Under the pieces are notes generated by a model. It had not been told where the DNA came from. It worked only from the letters and a program-made list of their open reading frames with translations, and ran no database searches. From the IMG/VR virus record IMGVR_UViG_3300020442_000007, positions 101,480 to 165,479 of that record: a DNA stretch of 64,000 bases. The stretch is one strand, 5' to 3'. Each line of letters opens with the position of its first letter. The stretch's first letter is position 1. Below are positions 39,966-49,466 of the stretch, one piece after another. The DNA is from a virus. Both the position numbers and the translations under genes were made by a program.

Positions 39966-40979
39966 ATGGCAGATTCAAAACAATTCGAAGAAATGCTAGA
40001 ATGCCTAGTAAATGAAGACAAGGCAAAAGCAGAAGAACTTTTCCACAATATTGTGGTAGAGAAATCCAGAGAAATTTATGAAAACCTTTTAGAAGACGAT
40101 CTAGAAGATGAGTCCGTTGACGAAGCAACTGATGAGGAAGTAGATGAAGCATCTAAAGATGAAGAAGTTGACGAAGCAATGAAGGACGACGACAAAAAAG
40201 AAGATAAAAAGTCCAAAAAAGACGACAAAGACATGAAAGAAGCAAGCGACGAAGAAGTAGACGAAGCTTCTGATGATGAAGAAGTTGAAGAAGACTTTAA
40301 TCTTGATGAGTTTGAAGTTGAAGGCGAAAACGAAGCTGAAGACGACATGGATAAAGGCGATCCTGCAGATGACATGATGGCTGATATTGCTGACATGGGC
40401 GACGAAGAAGGCGAAGGCGATGATGAGCCAGCTGGCGACATGGAAGAAAGAGTCGAAGACTTAGAAGACGCAATCGACGAACTCAAAGCAGAATTTGAAG
40501 AAATGATGGCAGATAAAGAAGGCGGAGATGACGAAGCTGACGATGAAATGCCAGCTGATGATGCTGATATGGACATGGATGATGCAGGTGACGAAGAAAT
40601 GCCTGAAGCATCAGACGAAGAAGTTGATGAAACATCAGACGAAGAAGTTGAGGAAGAGTCTAAAGAAGACTTAACTCCAACAGAGCAGATGCGTGAATAT
40701 GTTGAAAAAGTTACAGCAAAAATGGGCGACAACGGTGCAAACACTAAGTCACCAGTAGCTGGACCAAACGACATGGGCGGAACTGCTTCTAACTTAGTAC
40801 AAGGCGCTGACGAAAAAGGCATGACACCAGCAAGTCCAAAAGACATTGCAAGTGGTAACGTAAATGTTCCAGGTGGTAAAGCTTCTAAGTCAATGAAAGC
40901 TGATACTAAAGGCCATGGCGCTGAGAAAAAAGGCGCAGGCGACACAGCTGCTAATAAGAAAAGCACTATTGGTAGCTAA
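39966..40979 (+). CDS. Highly acidic prohead core/scaffold protein
   Basis: Asp/Glu-rich with repeated EASDEEVDE units; lies directly before the prohead protease. Confidence 0.75.
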   Translation: MADSKQFEEMLECLVNEDKAKAEELFHNIVVEKSREIYENLLEDDLEDESVDEATDEEVDEASKDEEVDEAMKDDDKKEDKKSKKDDKDMKEASDEEVDEASDDEEVEEDFNLDEFEVEGENEAEDDMDKGDPADDMMADIADMGDEEGEGDDEPAGDMEERVEDLEDAIDELKAEFEEMMADKEGGDDEADDEMPADDADMDMDDAGDEEMPEASDEEVDETSDEEVEEESKEDLTPTEQMREYVEKVTAKMGDNGANTKSPVAGPNDMGGTASNLVQGADEKGMTPASPKDIASGNVNVPGGKASKSMKADTKGHGAEKKGAGDTAANKKSTIGS

Positions 40980-40998
40980 TTGATATAAGGAAACTTGG

Positions 40999-41625
40999 AT
41001 GGTGATGAATTTATCTGAGACACTGACATTCGACGAAGCAAAAATAGTCGTTGAGTCTGCCAATGAAGGGAAAGACTTGTATATGAAGGGAATTTGTATA
41101 CAAGGCGGAGTTCGCAACGCTAATCAGCGTGTTTATCCTGTAGAAGAAATTGGTAGGGCTGTCAAAACTCTCAACGATCAATGTGCAGGAGGTTATAGTG
41201 TACTCGGCGAAGTTGATCATCCAGAGGGACTTAATATTAATTTAGATCGTGTGAGCCATATGATTACAGAAATGTGGATGGATGGGTCAAACGGTTACGG
41301 AAAACTTAAAATTTTACCAACACCGATGGGACAATTAGTTAGAACAATGCTTGAAAGCGGAGTTAAACTAGGCGTCTCATCACGTGGTTCTGGTAACGTT
41401 AGTGAAAGCGGAAACGGAGAAGTTTCCGATTTTGAAATTATCACTGTGGATGTAGTGGCACAGCCATCAGCACCCGGTGCATATCCAACTCCAATTTATG
41501 AACAACTTATGAATGCAAGAGGTGGATTAAAGGCTTACCAATTAGCACAGGCAACAAAAGAAGATCCTAAGGCACAAAAATATTTAAAAGAATCTCTGAT
41601 TAATATAATCAGCAGACTCCAATAA
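40999..41625 (+). CDS. gp21: Prohead core protease
   Basis: NANQRVYP, LGEVDHP, LDRVSH, TPMG, LGVSSRGSG, DVVAQPSAPGAY. Confidence 0.96.
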   Translation: MVMNLSETLTFDEAKIVVESANEGKDLYMKGICIQGGVRNANQRVYPVEEIGRAVKTLNDQCAGGYSVLGEVDHPEGLNINLDRVSHMITEMWMDGSNGYGKLKILPTPMGQLVRTMLESGVKLGVSSRGSGNVSESGNGEVSDFEIITVDVVAQPSAPGAYPTPIYEQLMNARGGLKAYQLAQATKEDPKAQKYLKESLINIISRLQ

Positions 41626-41640
41626 AAGGAGAAAATAAAC

Positions 41641-42738
41641 ATGTTGGATGCACTAAAAACACTTTTCGAAAACGATGTTGTTTCAGAGGATGTGCGTAAA
41701 CAAATTGAAGAAGCGTGGGAAGCAAAGATTAAAGAAAATAAACTTGCTGTAACCGCTGAACTCCGTGAGGAATTCGCTCAGAAATACGAGCATGACAAAG
41801 CTACTATGGTAGAAGCTATTGACAACTTAGTATCTGAGAGATTGTCTGCAGAAATTGCTGAATTTACAGAAGATCGTAAACAGCTTTCTGAAGCTAAAGC
41901 AAAATATGCAGTAGCAATGCGTGATAACGCAAAGTTACTACGTGGTTTTGTGTTGGAATCACTTAAGAAAGAGGTTTCAGAGCTACACGAAGAACAAAAA
42001 GCAATGGCAAATAATTTTTCTAAATTAGAAGAATTTGTTGTTGACGCATTGGCCAACGAAATATCTGAGTTCTACGAAGACAAAAAAGACTTAGCGGCTA
42101 CCAAGGTTAAACTTGTTAAGGAAGCTAAGAAACACTTGGCTAAAGTTAAAGAAAACTTTATACAAAGAAGTGCTAAGGCAGTTTCTTCCACAGTTGATAA
42201 AGCTCTTAGAGGAGAAATTAAACAACTTAAAGAAGACATTGATGCAGCACGTAAAAATGATTTTGGACGAAAATTGTTTGAAGCATTTGCAAATGAATAT
42301 CAAGCAAGTTATCTGAATGAAAAGTCAGAAACTGCTAAGTTATTGAAAGTTGTTGATGTCAAAGACAAGCAGTTAGCTGACGCAAAAGCATTTGCTGCTA
42401 AAGCAAAGAAAATTGTTGAAGCTCAAGAAGTTGAAAAGACAAAACTTGTTGAATCTGCACAACGTCAAAAAATCATGCATGACTTGGTTGCACCATTAAG
42501 CAATCAACAAAAAGAGATTATGCAAGACTTACTGGAATCAGTTCAAACTAACAGACTACAGTCACAGTTTGAAAAATACTTGCCAACGGTTATCGACGGC
42601 GAAGCACCAGAAAAAGCTAAAAAGGCTAAACTTACAGAAGGCACAGAAATTACAGGCAACAGAGAAATAGTTCAAACTAGTAAAACAGTAGACGAGTCAA
42701 ATGTTATTGATATGAAACGTCTAGCTGGAATTAAATAA
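41641..42738 (+). CDS. gp22: Prohead scaffolding protein
   Basis: Coiled-coil 365-aa ORF between protease and capsid genes. Confidence 0.85.
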   Translation: MLDALKTLFENDVVSEDVRKQIEEAWEAKIKENKLAVTAELREEFAQKYEHDKATMVEAIDNLVSERLSAEIAEFTEDRKQLSEAKAKYAVAMRDNAKLLRGFVLESLKKEVSELHEEQKAMANNFSKLEEFVVDALANEISEFYEDKKDLAATKVKLVKEAKKHLAKVKENFIQRSAKAVSSTVDKALRGEIKQLKEDIDAARKNDFGRKLFEAFANEYQASYLNEKSETAKLLKVVDVKDKQLADAKAFAAKAKKIVEAQEVEKTKLVESAQRQKIMHDLVAPLSNQQKEIMQDLLESVQTNRLQSQFEKYLPTVIDGEAPEKAKKAKLTEGTEITGNREIVQTSKTVDESNVIDMKRLAGIK

Positions 42739-42749
42739 GGAGATATAAT

Positions 42750-43919
42750 ATGTCAGAACTACTAGAAAGTCGCTGGCAGGAGACCAAAGGTGCTCTTCTT
42801 GAAGGCTTAAATGGCAACAAGAAAGCAGTTATGGCAAGTACACTTGAAAACACTCGCAAGTATTTGTCAGAGGCAGCAGGCACAGGTGCAACTTCCGCCG
42901 GTAATATCGCAACACTTAATCGTGTGATTCTTCCAGTCATCAGACGTGTGATGCCAACAGTTATTGCTAACGAATTGGTAGGCGTACAACCAATGACAGG
43001 ACCAGTGGGTCAGATCCACACACTTCGCGTTCGTTACGCTGAAAGCAACGATAACGCAACAGCAGGTGAAGAGGCTCTTAGCCCATTTAAAATTGCTACA
43101 GCATATTCAGGTACGGGTACAGATCCGTCTGGTGTTGCTGATGCAACTGCAACCAAAGAAGGTGATCCGGGACGTAAAATGTCAATCCAGATCTTAAAGC
43201 AGACTGTAGAAGCAAAATCCAGAAAGCTATCAGCTCGCTGGACTTTTGAAGCTGCACAGGACGCTCAGTCCATGCACGGTATTGATGTAGAAGCAGAAAT
43301 TATGGCTGCTTTAGCACAAGAAATTACCGCTGAAATTGATCAAGAGATCATTCAGAGCTTAACTACATTGTCTGGATCAGCTGCTGAGACTTATAATCAG
43401 GCTGCTGTATCTGGTACAGCTACATTCGTAGGTGACGAGCATGCTGCTCTTGCAGTACAAATTAACAGAGTATCAAACTTGATCGCTCAAAGAACAAGAA
43501 GAGGCGCAGGTAACTGGGCTGTTGTATCGCCATTCGCGTTAACAATCCTACAATCTGCTACAACTTCTGCGTTCGCACGTACTACTGAAGGTACTTTTGA
43601 AGCACCAACTAACACTAAGATGGTTGGAACTTTGAATAGTGCTATGAAAGTTTATGTCAACACATACGCTGCAGACAATGCCGCTGTACTTGTTGGATAT
43701 AAAGGTACTAGTGAATCTGATGCTGCTGCATTCTATTGCCCATACATTCCATTGATGAGCAGTGGTGTAGTGTTAGATCCAAGTTCATTCGAACCAGTTG
43801 TGTCTTTCATGACTAGATATGGTTACGTTGAGCTTTCTAACTCAGCTTCATCGCTTGGTAACGCGGCTGATTACTTAGGTAATGTTGCAATTACTAGCGG
43901 TAACGTAAGCTTCAGCTAA
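42750..43919 (+). CDS. gp23: Major capsid protein
   Basis: RRVMPTVIANELVGVQPMTGPVGQIHTLR, VEAKSRKLSARWT.E.AQD...HGID.EAE, FYCPYIPL, SFMTRYG. Confidence 0.97.
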   Translation: MSELLESRWQETKGALLEGLNGNKKAVMASTLENTRKYLSEAAGTGATSAGNIATLNRVILPVIRRVMPTVIANELVGVQPMTGPVGQIHTLRVRYAESNDNATAGEEALSPFKIATAYSGTGTDPSGVADATATKEGDPGRKMSIQILKQTVEAKSRKLSARWTFEAAQDAQSMHGIDVEAEIMAALAQEITAEIDQEIIQSLTTLSGSAAETYNQAAVSGTATFVGDEHAALAVQINRVSNLIAQRTRRGAGNWAVVSPFALTILQSATTSAFARTTEGTFEAPTNTKMVGTLNSAMKVYVNTYAADNAAVLVGYKGTSESDAAAFYCPYIPLMSSGVVLDPSSFEPVVSFMTRYGYVELSNSASSLGNAADYLGNVAITSGNVSFS

Positions 43920-43935
43920 TAGTTTACACAAATTT

Positions 43936-43964
43936 AAAATAGGCCCTTCGGGGCCTATTTTTTT
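43936..43964 (+). terminator. Intrinsic terminator after the capsid gene
   Basis: AAAATAGGCCC-TTCG-GGGCCTATTTTTTT with a cUUCGg tetraloop. Confidence 0.92.
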
Positions 43965-44066
43965 GACTGATGAATAAAGACAAAGAATTTATTCTAGAAA
44001 CAATTTACGAAAAAAAGACAGAACACAGCACAATTTGGTTAGTGCGTATTAAATCAAAAAAAATAA

Positions 44067-44309
44067 ATGTCATTTAAGAAAAAAGGTATAGGAAGATTAC
44101 ATATGGGCAAACCTGTTGCATATGCAATATTGGATGAAGAAGATTATCAACACATATATACACGCAAAGATCGTATAAGAATAGGTGTAGAAACTTTATT
44201 CTTTATAGGACTTGCATATATCGTTGGCGATATAGCATATATGACATGGTTTGCTGACAAATATGATATTTTTGGACAAGTTGATAAAATAATTTACATG
44301 TTACCGTAA
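44067..44309 (+). CDS. Small hypothetical membrane protein
   Basis: 80 aa with one hydrophobic segment (IGVETLFFIGLAYIVG). Confidence 0.55.
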   Translation: MSFKKKGIGRLHMGKPVAYAILDEEDYQHIYTRKDRIRIGVETLFFIGLAYIVGDIAYMTWFADKYDIFGQVDKIIYMLP

Positions 44310-44317
44310 AATAAAGG

Positions 44318-44346
44318 TTGACTTTTATTTTAGGATATGTTATATT
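44318..44346 (+). promoter_or_regulatory. Sigma70-type promoter of the ncRNA
   Basis: TTGACT-17 bp-TATATT with an extended -10 TG. Confidence 0.75.
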
Positions 44347-44348
44347 AG

Positions 44349-44576
44349 TAAAATAAGCAACAAGAGAGTAATTAACTTTTGTTTATTAGTGCAAGGAAGA
44401 GGCGTTTACCAGAGCGTCGAACTTGACTAATTAGGGGTGGTACCCAGGCTTGGTAGTAGAAATACGCTGAGTCACATCGCTCTACCGAGCGGAATTAGGT
44501 TCCCTGGTTATCAGAATGGCATCTGTGGCGAGGGGTTGGAGGTATAACCGAGTCCTCCCTAATATTGCTTATTTTA
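44349..44576 (+). ncRNA. Stand-alone ~230-nt structured RNA, possibly of the manA motif class
   Basis: Perfect 12-bp terminal stem TAAAATAAGCAA/TTGCTTATTTTA. Internal stems TTAGT.CAAG/CTTGACTAA, GGCGTTT/GAGCGTC, GTA-GAAA-TAC, CGCTC/GAGCG, GGAGG/CCTCC. Own promoter and terminator; no ORF. The manA assignment is from recollection only. Confidence 0.82.
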
Positions 44577-44577
44577 T

Positions 44578-44610
44578 AAAAGGTGTACAAGTTTACTTGT
44601 ATGCCTTTTT
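44578..44610 (+). terminator. Intrinsic terminator of the ncRNA
   Basis: AAAAGGTGTACAAG-TTTA-CTTGTATGCCTTTTT. Confidence 0.85.
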
Positions 44611-44620
44611 CCTTTTGTGA

Positions 44621-44713
44621 TAAATACTATTGTCGTAAATCGTGCCACATAGTGTGGACTTATGCAGAATTGACCCACTGCGTATTACGTAAAAAGTATA
44701 GAGGAGAAAACAA
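44621..44713 (+). promoter_or_regulatory. Late promoter TAAATA plus a structured 5' leader
   Basis: TAAATA at 44621, then CGTAA/TTACG enclosing CCACA/TGTGG and TATGCAG/CTGCGTA hairpins, ending just before a GAGGAG RBS. Confidence 0.65.
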
Positions 44714-45076
44714 ATGGGAAGACCAATAAATAAAAGGTTTTTTGGCGCTACAGGCGACAATACTCAACCAACAATAGCAATCAGATATCATGATGGCACA
44801 GCTTCAAGAGAAGGATTTATTCTTTCTCAAAGAGGCACAAACAAATTTAATTGTGATAGTGCAGCAGGCACAGCAAAAATTTGTAGACTTGTTAATGAAA
44901 TTGCTCCAAACGCAGAAGGAGAATGTTCTTTAGTAGGTATTTCACCAGGTGGCGGAGCAATATTACTGAAAAAAATGTTCAATAGAACAGCAGTAGATTT
45001 TGATAACAATCGTTACACTTGGGCTGTAGAAGATGACTCAACAGAATCGTTGATCAGATTAACAGCTATCAGTTAA
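44714..45076 (+). CDS. Small virion protein (possible capsid decoration protein)
   Basis: 120 aa, MGRPINKRFFG; strong RBS, own late promoter and terminator, close to the capsid gene. Confidence 0.6.
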   Translation: MGRPINKRFFGATGDNTQPTIAIRYHDGTASREGFILSQRGTNKFNCDSAAGTAKICRLVNEIAPNAEGECSLVGISPGGGAILLKKMFNRTAVDFDNNRYTWAVEDDSTESLIRLTAIS

Positions 45077-45081
45077 ATTAT

Positions 45082-45105
45082 ATAGGGGGAGCAATCCCCC
45101 TATTT
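45082..45105 (+). terminator. Hairpin/terminator after the 120-aa gene
   Basis: ATAGGGGGA-GCAA-TCCCCCTATTT with a GNRA loop and a short U tract. Confidence 0.7.
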
Positions 45106-45119
45106 AAAAAGGAATTAGA

Positions 45120-46130
45120 ATGTCAAAGTATTTAAGAATTGGAAATGGTGATTATAATATCGTTACAAAAGAAGGTGGCGAAATTACATTAGATACGACA
45201 GACGGTTTACTTAACGGCACAGGAAAAGTGATTGTAACTGGCGACTTAGAAGTCAAAGGCGATACACAGACTATTAATTCAACAGTAGTTGAAATAGCTG
45301 ATAATATCATAGTGCTTTCAAAGGACAATGTAGCGCCAGGATTGCCAGCTTCATTAAATTACAGAAGTGGTATAGAAGTTGAACGAGGTTCAGAAGCAAA
45401 TGCATTTATGGTTTATGATGAAACATTGGCATGGACCTTAGGAGGAACATCTGGGCAAGGCACATGGACTTTTGAACAAGGCACTAATGTAGTTCCTATT
45501 AAGGCAACAGGAATGTTTTCTGATGCTAATTTATATTTAAATCCAGGCACTGGAGTTATATCTGCAACTAACACAACCAACTATGAACAAAGAGTATTTC
45601 AATATGGTGGTGGTATAGTCACAGGTGGACCTATTGACGATGATATTATTCCTAATGCAAAAGCAGTTGAAGATTATGTAACTTATGCACTAGCATCAGG
45701 TGCTGTTCCTGCAAGATTACAAGAAGCAGACACATCAGTAGAAGCTCATGATGAAAGTGTAACTGGAACAGATAGTAAAATACAATTCGATATTAATAAT
45801 GTTCAAGTTGCAAATATGTTTGCTGATAGAATTGAAGCATTTGATATAATGATTCAAAACAATGAAATTACTACAACTGCTAGTAATACTGACTTAGTGC
45901 TAGGTTCACCAGGTACTGGTTCAGTAAAAATTAAAGATAATATTGAAATTACAGAAACTCCAGGCGAAAACGATGTAGCTACTGATCCTAGTGTGCCTGT
46001 AGAGGGAATTAAACTTTATTCTAAAACACAATCAACTGGTGGTTCAGGATTGTTTTTCGTTAATAAGAGCAGTAACAGAGACGAATTGATAAGTAAGAAT
46101 AAAGCATTAGTGTATAGTATGGTGTTCTAA
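45120..46130 (+). CDS. Fibre-like structural protein
   Basis: VTGDLEVKGDTQTINST...DNIIVL...SGIEVERG fibre shaft motifs. Confidence 0.7.
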   Translation: MSKYLRIGNGDYNIVTKEGGEITLDTTDGLLNGTGKVIVTGDLEVKGDTQTINSTVVEIADNIIVLSKDNVAPGLPASLNYRSGIEVERGSEANAFMVYDETLAWTLGGTSGQGTWTFEQGTNVVPIKATGMFSDANLYLNPGTGVISATNTTNYEQRVFQYGGGIVTGGPIDDDIIPNAKAVEDYVTYALASGAVPARLQEADTSVEAHDESVTGTDSKIQFDINNVQVANMFADRIEAFDIMIQNNEITTTASNTDLVLGSPGTGSVKIKDNIEITETPGENDVATDPSVPVEGIKLYSKTQSTGGSGLFFVNKSSNRDELISKNKALVYSMVF

Positions 46131-46141
46131 AGGAAATAAAA

Positions 46142-46498
46142 ATGGCAATAACAACAAATCAATTAACGTTAACACAATTAGATGCATTAACTGTACCTTC
46201 TAATAAAACGTATGCTGTAACAAACATTTTAGTATGTAACACTTATAGTCCAAGTGGCGGTAGTGCATCATCTAGAAATGCAAACTTTACAATGCATATC
46301 ATTCCATCAGGTAGTGCTTTAAATAATAATGTAACTTGTGTAGTCAAAGAATTAAACTTGCCGGCAGGTGAAACTTTTACGTTTGATTCAGAAAGAATTA
46401 TTTTAGATACAGGAGATAAAATTACATTTACAGCATCTCCAGATCAAGGTTCAGGAAATACAGATCTAGCTTGTGTTATAAGTTATATGGAAGTTTAA
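46142..46498 (+). CDS. Small beta-sandwich virion protein (paralog family A)
   Basis: ILVCN...LPAGETFTF..ERIILDTGD...VISYMEV; similar to 51061 and 61419. Confidence 0.65.
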   Translation: MAITTNQLTLTQLDALTVPSNKTYAVTNILVCNTYSPSGGSASSRNANFTMHIIPSGSALNNNVTCVVKELNLPAGETFTFDSERIILDTGDKITFTASPDQGSGNTDLACVISYMEV

Positions 46499-46499
46499 G

Positions 46500-47171
46500 A
46501 TGCGTTTACTTAAAGGTCAAAATACTAACCAACGTAACATATACGGTAGAGGTGTACAAGTAGATACACTTGACCAAGTTGTTGCAGATAGTACTAACTC
46601 AATACGTGTACCTATTGGTACTACAGCCCAAAGACCTACTAGTCCTGCACACGGACAAATAAGATATAATATTACAAATAATAAATTTGAAGGATACGAA
46701 AACGGTGCATGGAGAAATTTAAGATATGCTGAACCTTTTCCTGCAGGTATCGTACAACAAAGTTTAGGAAATGGTGATGCTACTGCGGTTTGTTTTGGAC
46801 CATTAGCATCAGGAGATTCTGCTCAACCAGCACCAGTAGCGGCGCAACATGTTATTGTTTTAGTTGAAAACGTGTTTCAGTTAGCAACAACGAACTATAC
46901 AATGGTACAGAATCCTTCCGCAGCAACAGGAACTGGTTCAGAAGTTACTGCTGGTTCTTTTCAAGTAAGTACCGAATATAAAATTGTAACAGTTGGCACA
47001 ACTGATTTTACAGCTATTGGCGCTAGTGCAAATACTGTAGATACAGTATTCACAGCTACAGGAGCTGGTACAGGTAACGGTACAGCAAGACCAACAGGAT
47101 ATTATCTAGTGTTTACATCTGCACCTGATGCAGGTAAACCAGTAACTGCCCTACATAACTTCGATAAGTAA
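46500..47171 (+). CDS. Fibre-associated structural protein
   Basis: VPIGTTAQRP...GQIRYNITNNKFEGY fibre motif plus a TAGSFQV...GTTDFTAIGA module. Confidence 0.7.
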   Translation: MRLLKGQNTNQRNIYGRGVQVDTLDQVVADSTNSIRVPIGTTAQRPTSPAHGQIRYNITNNKFEGYENGAWRNLRYAEPFPAGIVQQSLGNGDATAVCFGPLASGDSAQPAPVAAQHVIVLVENVFQLATTNYTMVQNPSAATGTGSEVTAGSFQVSTEYKIVTVGTTDFTAIGASANTVDTVFTATGAGTGNGTARPTGYYLVFTSAPDAGKPVTALHNFDK

Positions 47172-47174
47172 ACC

Positions 47175-47182
47175 TATAAATA
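47175..47182 (+). promoter_or_regulatory. Late promoter TATAAATA
   Basis: Exact T4 late consensus followed by a TAGGAG RBS. Confidence 0.7.
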
Positions 47183-47200
47183 CTGTATAGGAGATACAGT

Positions 47201-49450
47201 ATGGCCGTAGGTAGAATATCAGGACCTCTTTTAAAAGCTAATTTAGAACGTAACGGAATAGATTTAGACTTCCGTAATCGTGCCTCTGATACACCTTTAC
47301 TATTTTTTGATGTAAGCACAAGCAAACTTGGTGTAAAAGTTGATGCTCCTGCTACAGAATTACATATATCTCAAGATGTAGTCAACACTACAGCAGGACC
47401 TACTTATAGTGTTAACTCTGAGGAAAATAATCCTAGAGGCATTACATTCAACAACGATGGAACAAAAATGTTTATTGTTGGTGCTCAAGGTGATGATGTA
47501 AATGAATATACCCTTTCAGTAGGATTTGATCTTTCGTCGACTGTTACCTTTATAGATAGTTATGCCGTTACAGAATGTCCAAATCCAACAGCAGTAAAAT
47601 TTAATGCAGATGGCACAAAAATGTTTGTTACTGGTACAAGCAATAGTAATGTGCATGAGTATGCATTGACAACCGGTTTTGATGTTTCGACTGCAAGTTT
47701 TACTCAAACACTTGTTACAACTGTTGATAATGATAATTTTGGACTTGACTTTAGTAATGACGGCACGAAAATGTATATAACAGGAAATCAAACTGACAGT
47801 ATATATGAATACAATTTATCAAGTGCATTTGATATTTCAACAGCAACATATTATCAAGATTTATATGTAAACCCCTATGACAATGAACCATTTGGTATAG
47901 AGTGGAGTACAGATGGTTATAGATTGTTCATAGTTGGCACACGTGGCAACGGTGTAGATGAATATAAATTAACAAGTGCATGGAATATATCAACAGCTAC
48001 TCATGTTGGCTATTATCACATAGGTGGTAATCCTTCTGGCATTCATATTAGTCCTGATGGAACTAAAATGTTTATTGTAGGAAACCAAACTGATCAAATT
48101 AAAGAATTTAATTTAAGTGTATCTTATCGTGTAGCCACACCAGCTGGAGGAGGAGATGCAACTTTAAGGACCGTAGGATTGTTAGTACCAGGTACTAACG
48201 CTTTAGCTAATTATACTCTGAACGGAAATACTATACAAGTATCAACAGGAAATATTTTATTTAATGCGGCAGAAGCAATTAGAGCAACTACAATTGAAAC
48301 AGATAATATTAGAATCACAGATAATGTAATTTCAACTTTTAATAGTAACACAACTTTTGATATCACTCCGAATGGTACAGGAATAGTTGAATCATTTGGT
48401 GATATGAAAGTTTTTGGAAACTTAGATACACCACAAACTGTAACAATGGGCGGAAATATTACTATTGGTGATGATGGATCAGACACAGTTGATTTCAATA
48501 CAGAATTTACAAGTGACTTAACTCCTGATATTACTGATGTATCTAATTTAGGTAACAGCGTAAACAAGTGGCAAAATTTACAAACTTTTAGATTAAACGG
48601 TGCAAAAGTCGAAACACCAAATGTTAAAATTGATACAAACGCAATTTATACACTTATTTCTAATTCTAATTTAGATTTGAGAGGAAATTCTGCAGGAAAT
48701 GTTAATCTTGAAGATTTAACATTTGCAAATACTACTATCAGTTCTGTTAGTGACTTGAATGTTGCATCAGATACTGTAATTGATACTACAGCTGCTTTAC
48801 AAATTCCAGTAGGAACAAATGCACAAAGACCAAATACTAATTCAGGTATAAGATTTAATTCAGATACTTCTCAATTTGAAGGTTATTATAACGGTAACAC
48901 TATATTTGGAGGCGTATATTCTGATGATTCTTTGACTAACATTGTAGCACATCCTACTAATAATACCATAGCGATGAAAATAAACAATGTGCAAGTAGGT
49001 GAAGTAAATTCAACTGAATTCGGAATACATGCTTTACAAGTAGATGATATTAATTTTGATAATGTTAATATTACTACAACAACAGATACAGATTTAATTT
49101 TATCTCCGGCAGGTACTGGTGCATCAAAAGCAGTCAAAATAGATAATATTGCTGTTGGTGAAACAGTTGGAAGTCAACAAATTAAAAGCGATACAGGTAT
49201 TATAGAATTTGCTGTAACAGGATATGGTGCAAACAAACTTCAAGGATCTTATGCTGTTACTATACCTTATGGAGACACATCGCAAAGACCAGTTAGTCCT
49301 GTATTAGGAGATACAAGATGGAACACTCAATCAAATTTATTAGAAACTTATAACGGCAGTGGCTACATCAGTGCTGCTGGATCTGGTGGTGTTGTGACCA
49401 GAGATGAGTTCGATGATATTTTACTTCAATTTACAATACTACTAGGTTAA
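47201..49450 (+). CDS. Tail-fibre-like protein with an inserted beta-propeller
   Basis: Paralog of 49584 (MAVGRISGPLLK.NL.RNGIDL) with five P.G..F..DG.K/RMF/Y repeats inserted. Confidence 0.75.
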   Translation: MAVGRISGPLLKANLERNGIDLDFRNRASDTPLLFFDVSTSKLGVKVDAPATELHISQDVVNTTAGPTYSVNSEENNPRGITFNNDGTKMFIVGAQGDDVNEYTLSVGFDLSSTVTFIDSYAVTECPNPTAVKFNADGTKMFVTGTSNSNVHEYALTTGFDVSTASFTQTLVTTVDNDNFGLDFSNDGTKMYITGNQTDSIYEYNLSSAFDISTATYYQDLYVNPYDNEPFGIEWSTDGYRLFIVGTRGNGVDEYKLTSAWNISTATHVGYYHIGGNPSGIHISPDGTKMFIVGNQTDQIKEFNLSVSYRVATPAGGGDATLRTVGLLVPGTNALANYTLNGNTIQVSTGNILFNAAEAIRATTIETDNIRITDNVISTFNSNTTFDITPNGTGIVESFGDMKVFGNLDTPQTVTMGGNITIGDDGSDTVDFNTEFTSDLTPDITDVSNLGNSVNKWQNLQTFRLNGAKVETPNVKIDTNAIYTLISNSNLDLRGNSAGNVNLEDLTFANTTISSVSDLNVASDTVIDTTAALQIPVGTNAQRPNTNSGIRFNSDTSQFEGYYNGNTIFGGVYSDDSLTNIVAHPTNNTIAMKINNVQVGEVNSTEFGIHALQVDDINFDNVNITTTTDTDLILSPAGTGASKAVKIDNIAVGETVGSQQIKSDTGIIEFAVTGYGANKLQGSYAVTIPYGDTSQRPVSPVLGDTRWNTQSNLLETYNGSGYISAAGSGGVVTRDEFDDILLQFTILLG

Positions 49451-49466
49451 TAATCTGTAAAAACGA

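Noticed and set aside
40076-40966. 296-aa Ser-rich antisense ORF
   Set aside because: Shadow of the GAA/GAC-rich acidic scaffold gene on the opposite strand.
43970-44077. 35-aa ORF MNKDKEFILETIYEKK... after the capsid terminator
   Set aside because: No SD, very short and overlapping the next ORF; cannot be supported.
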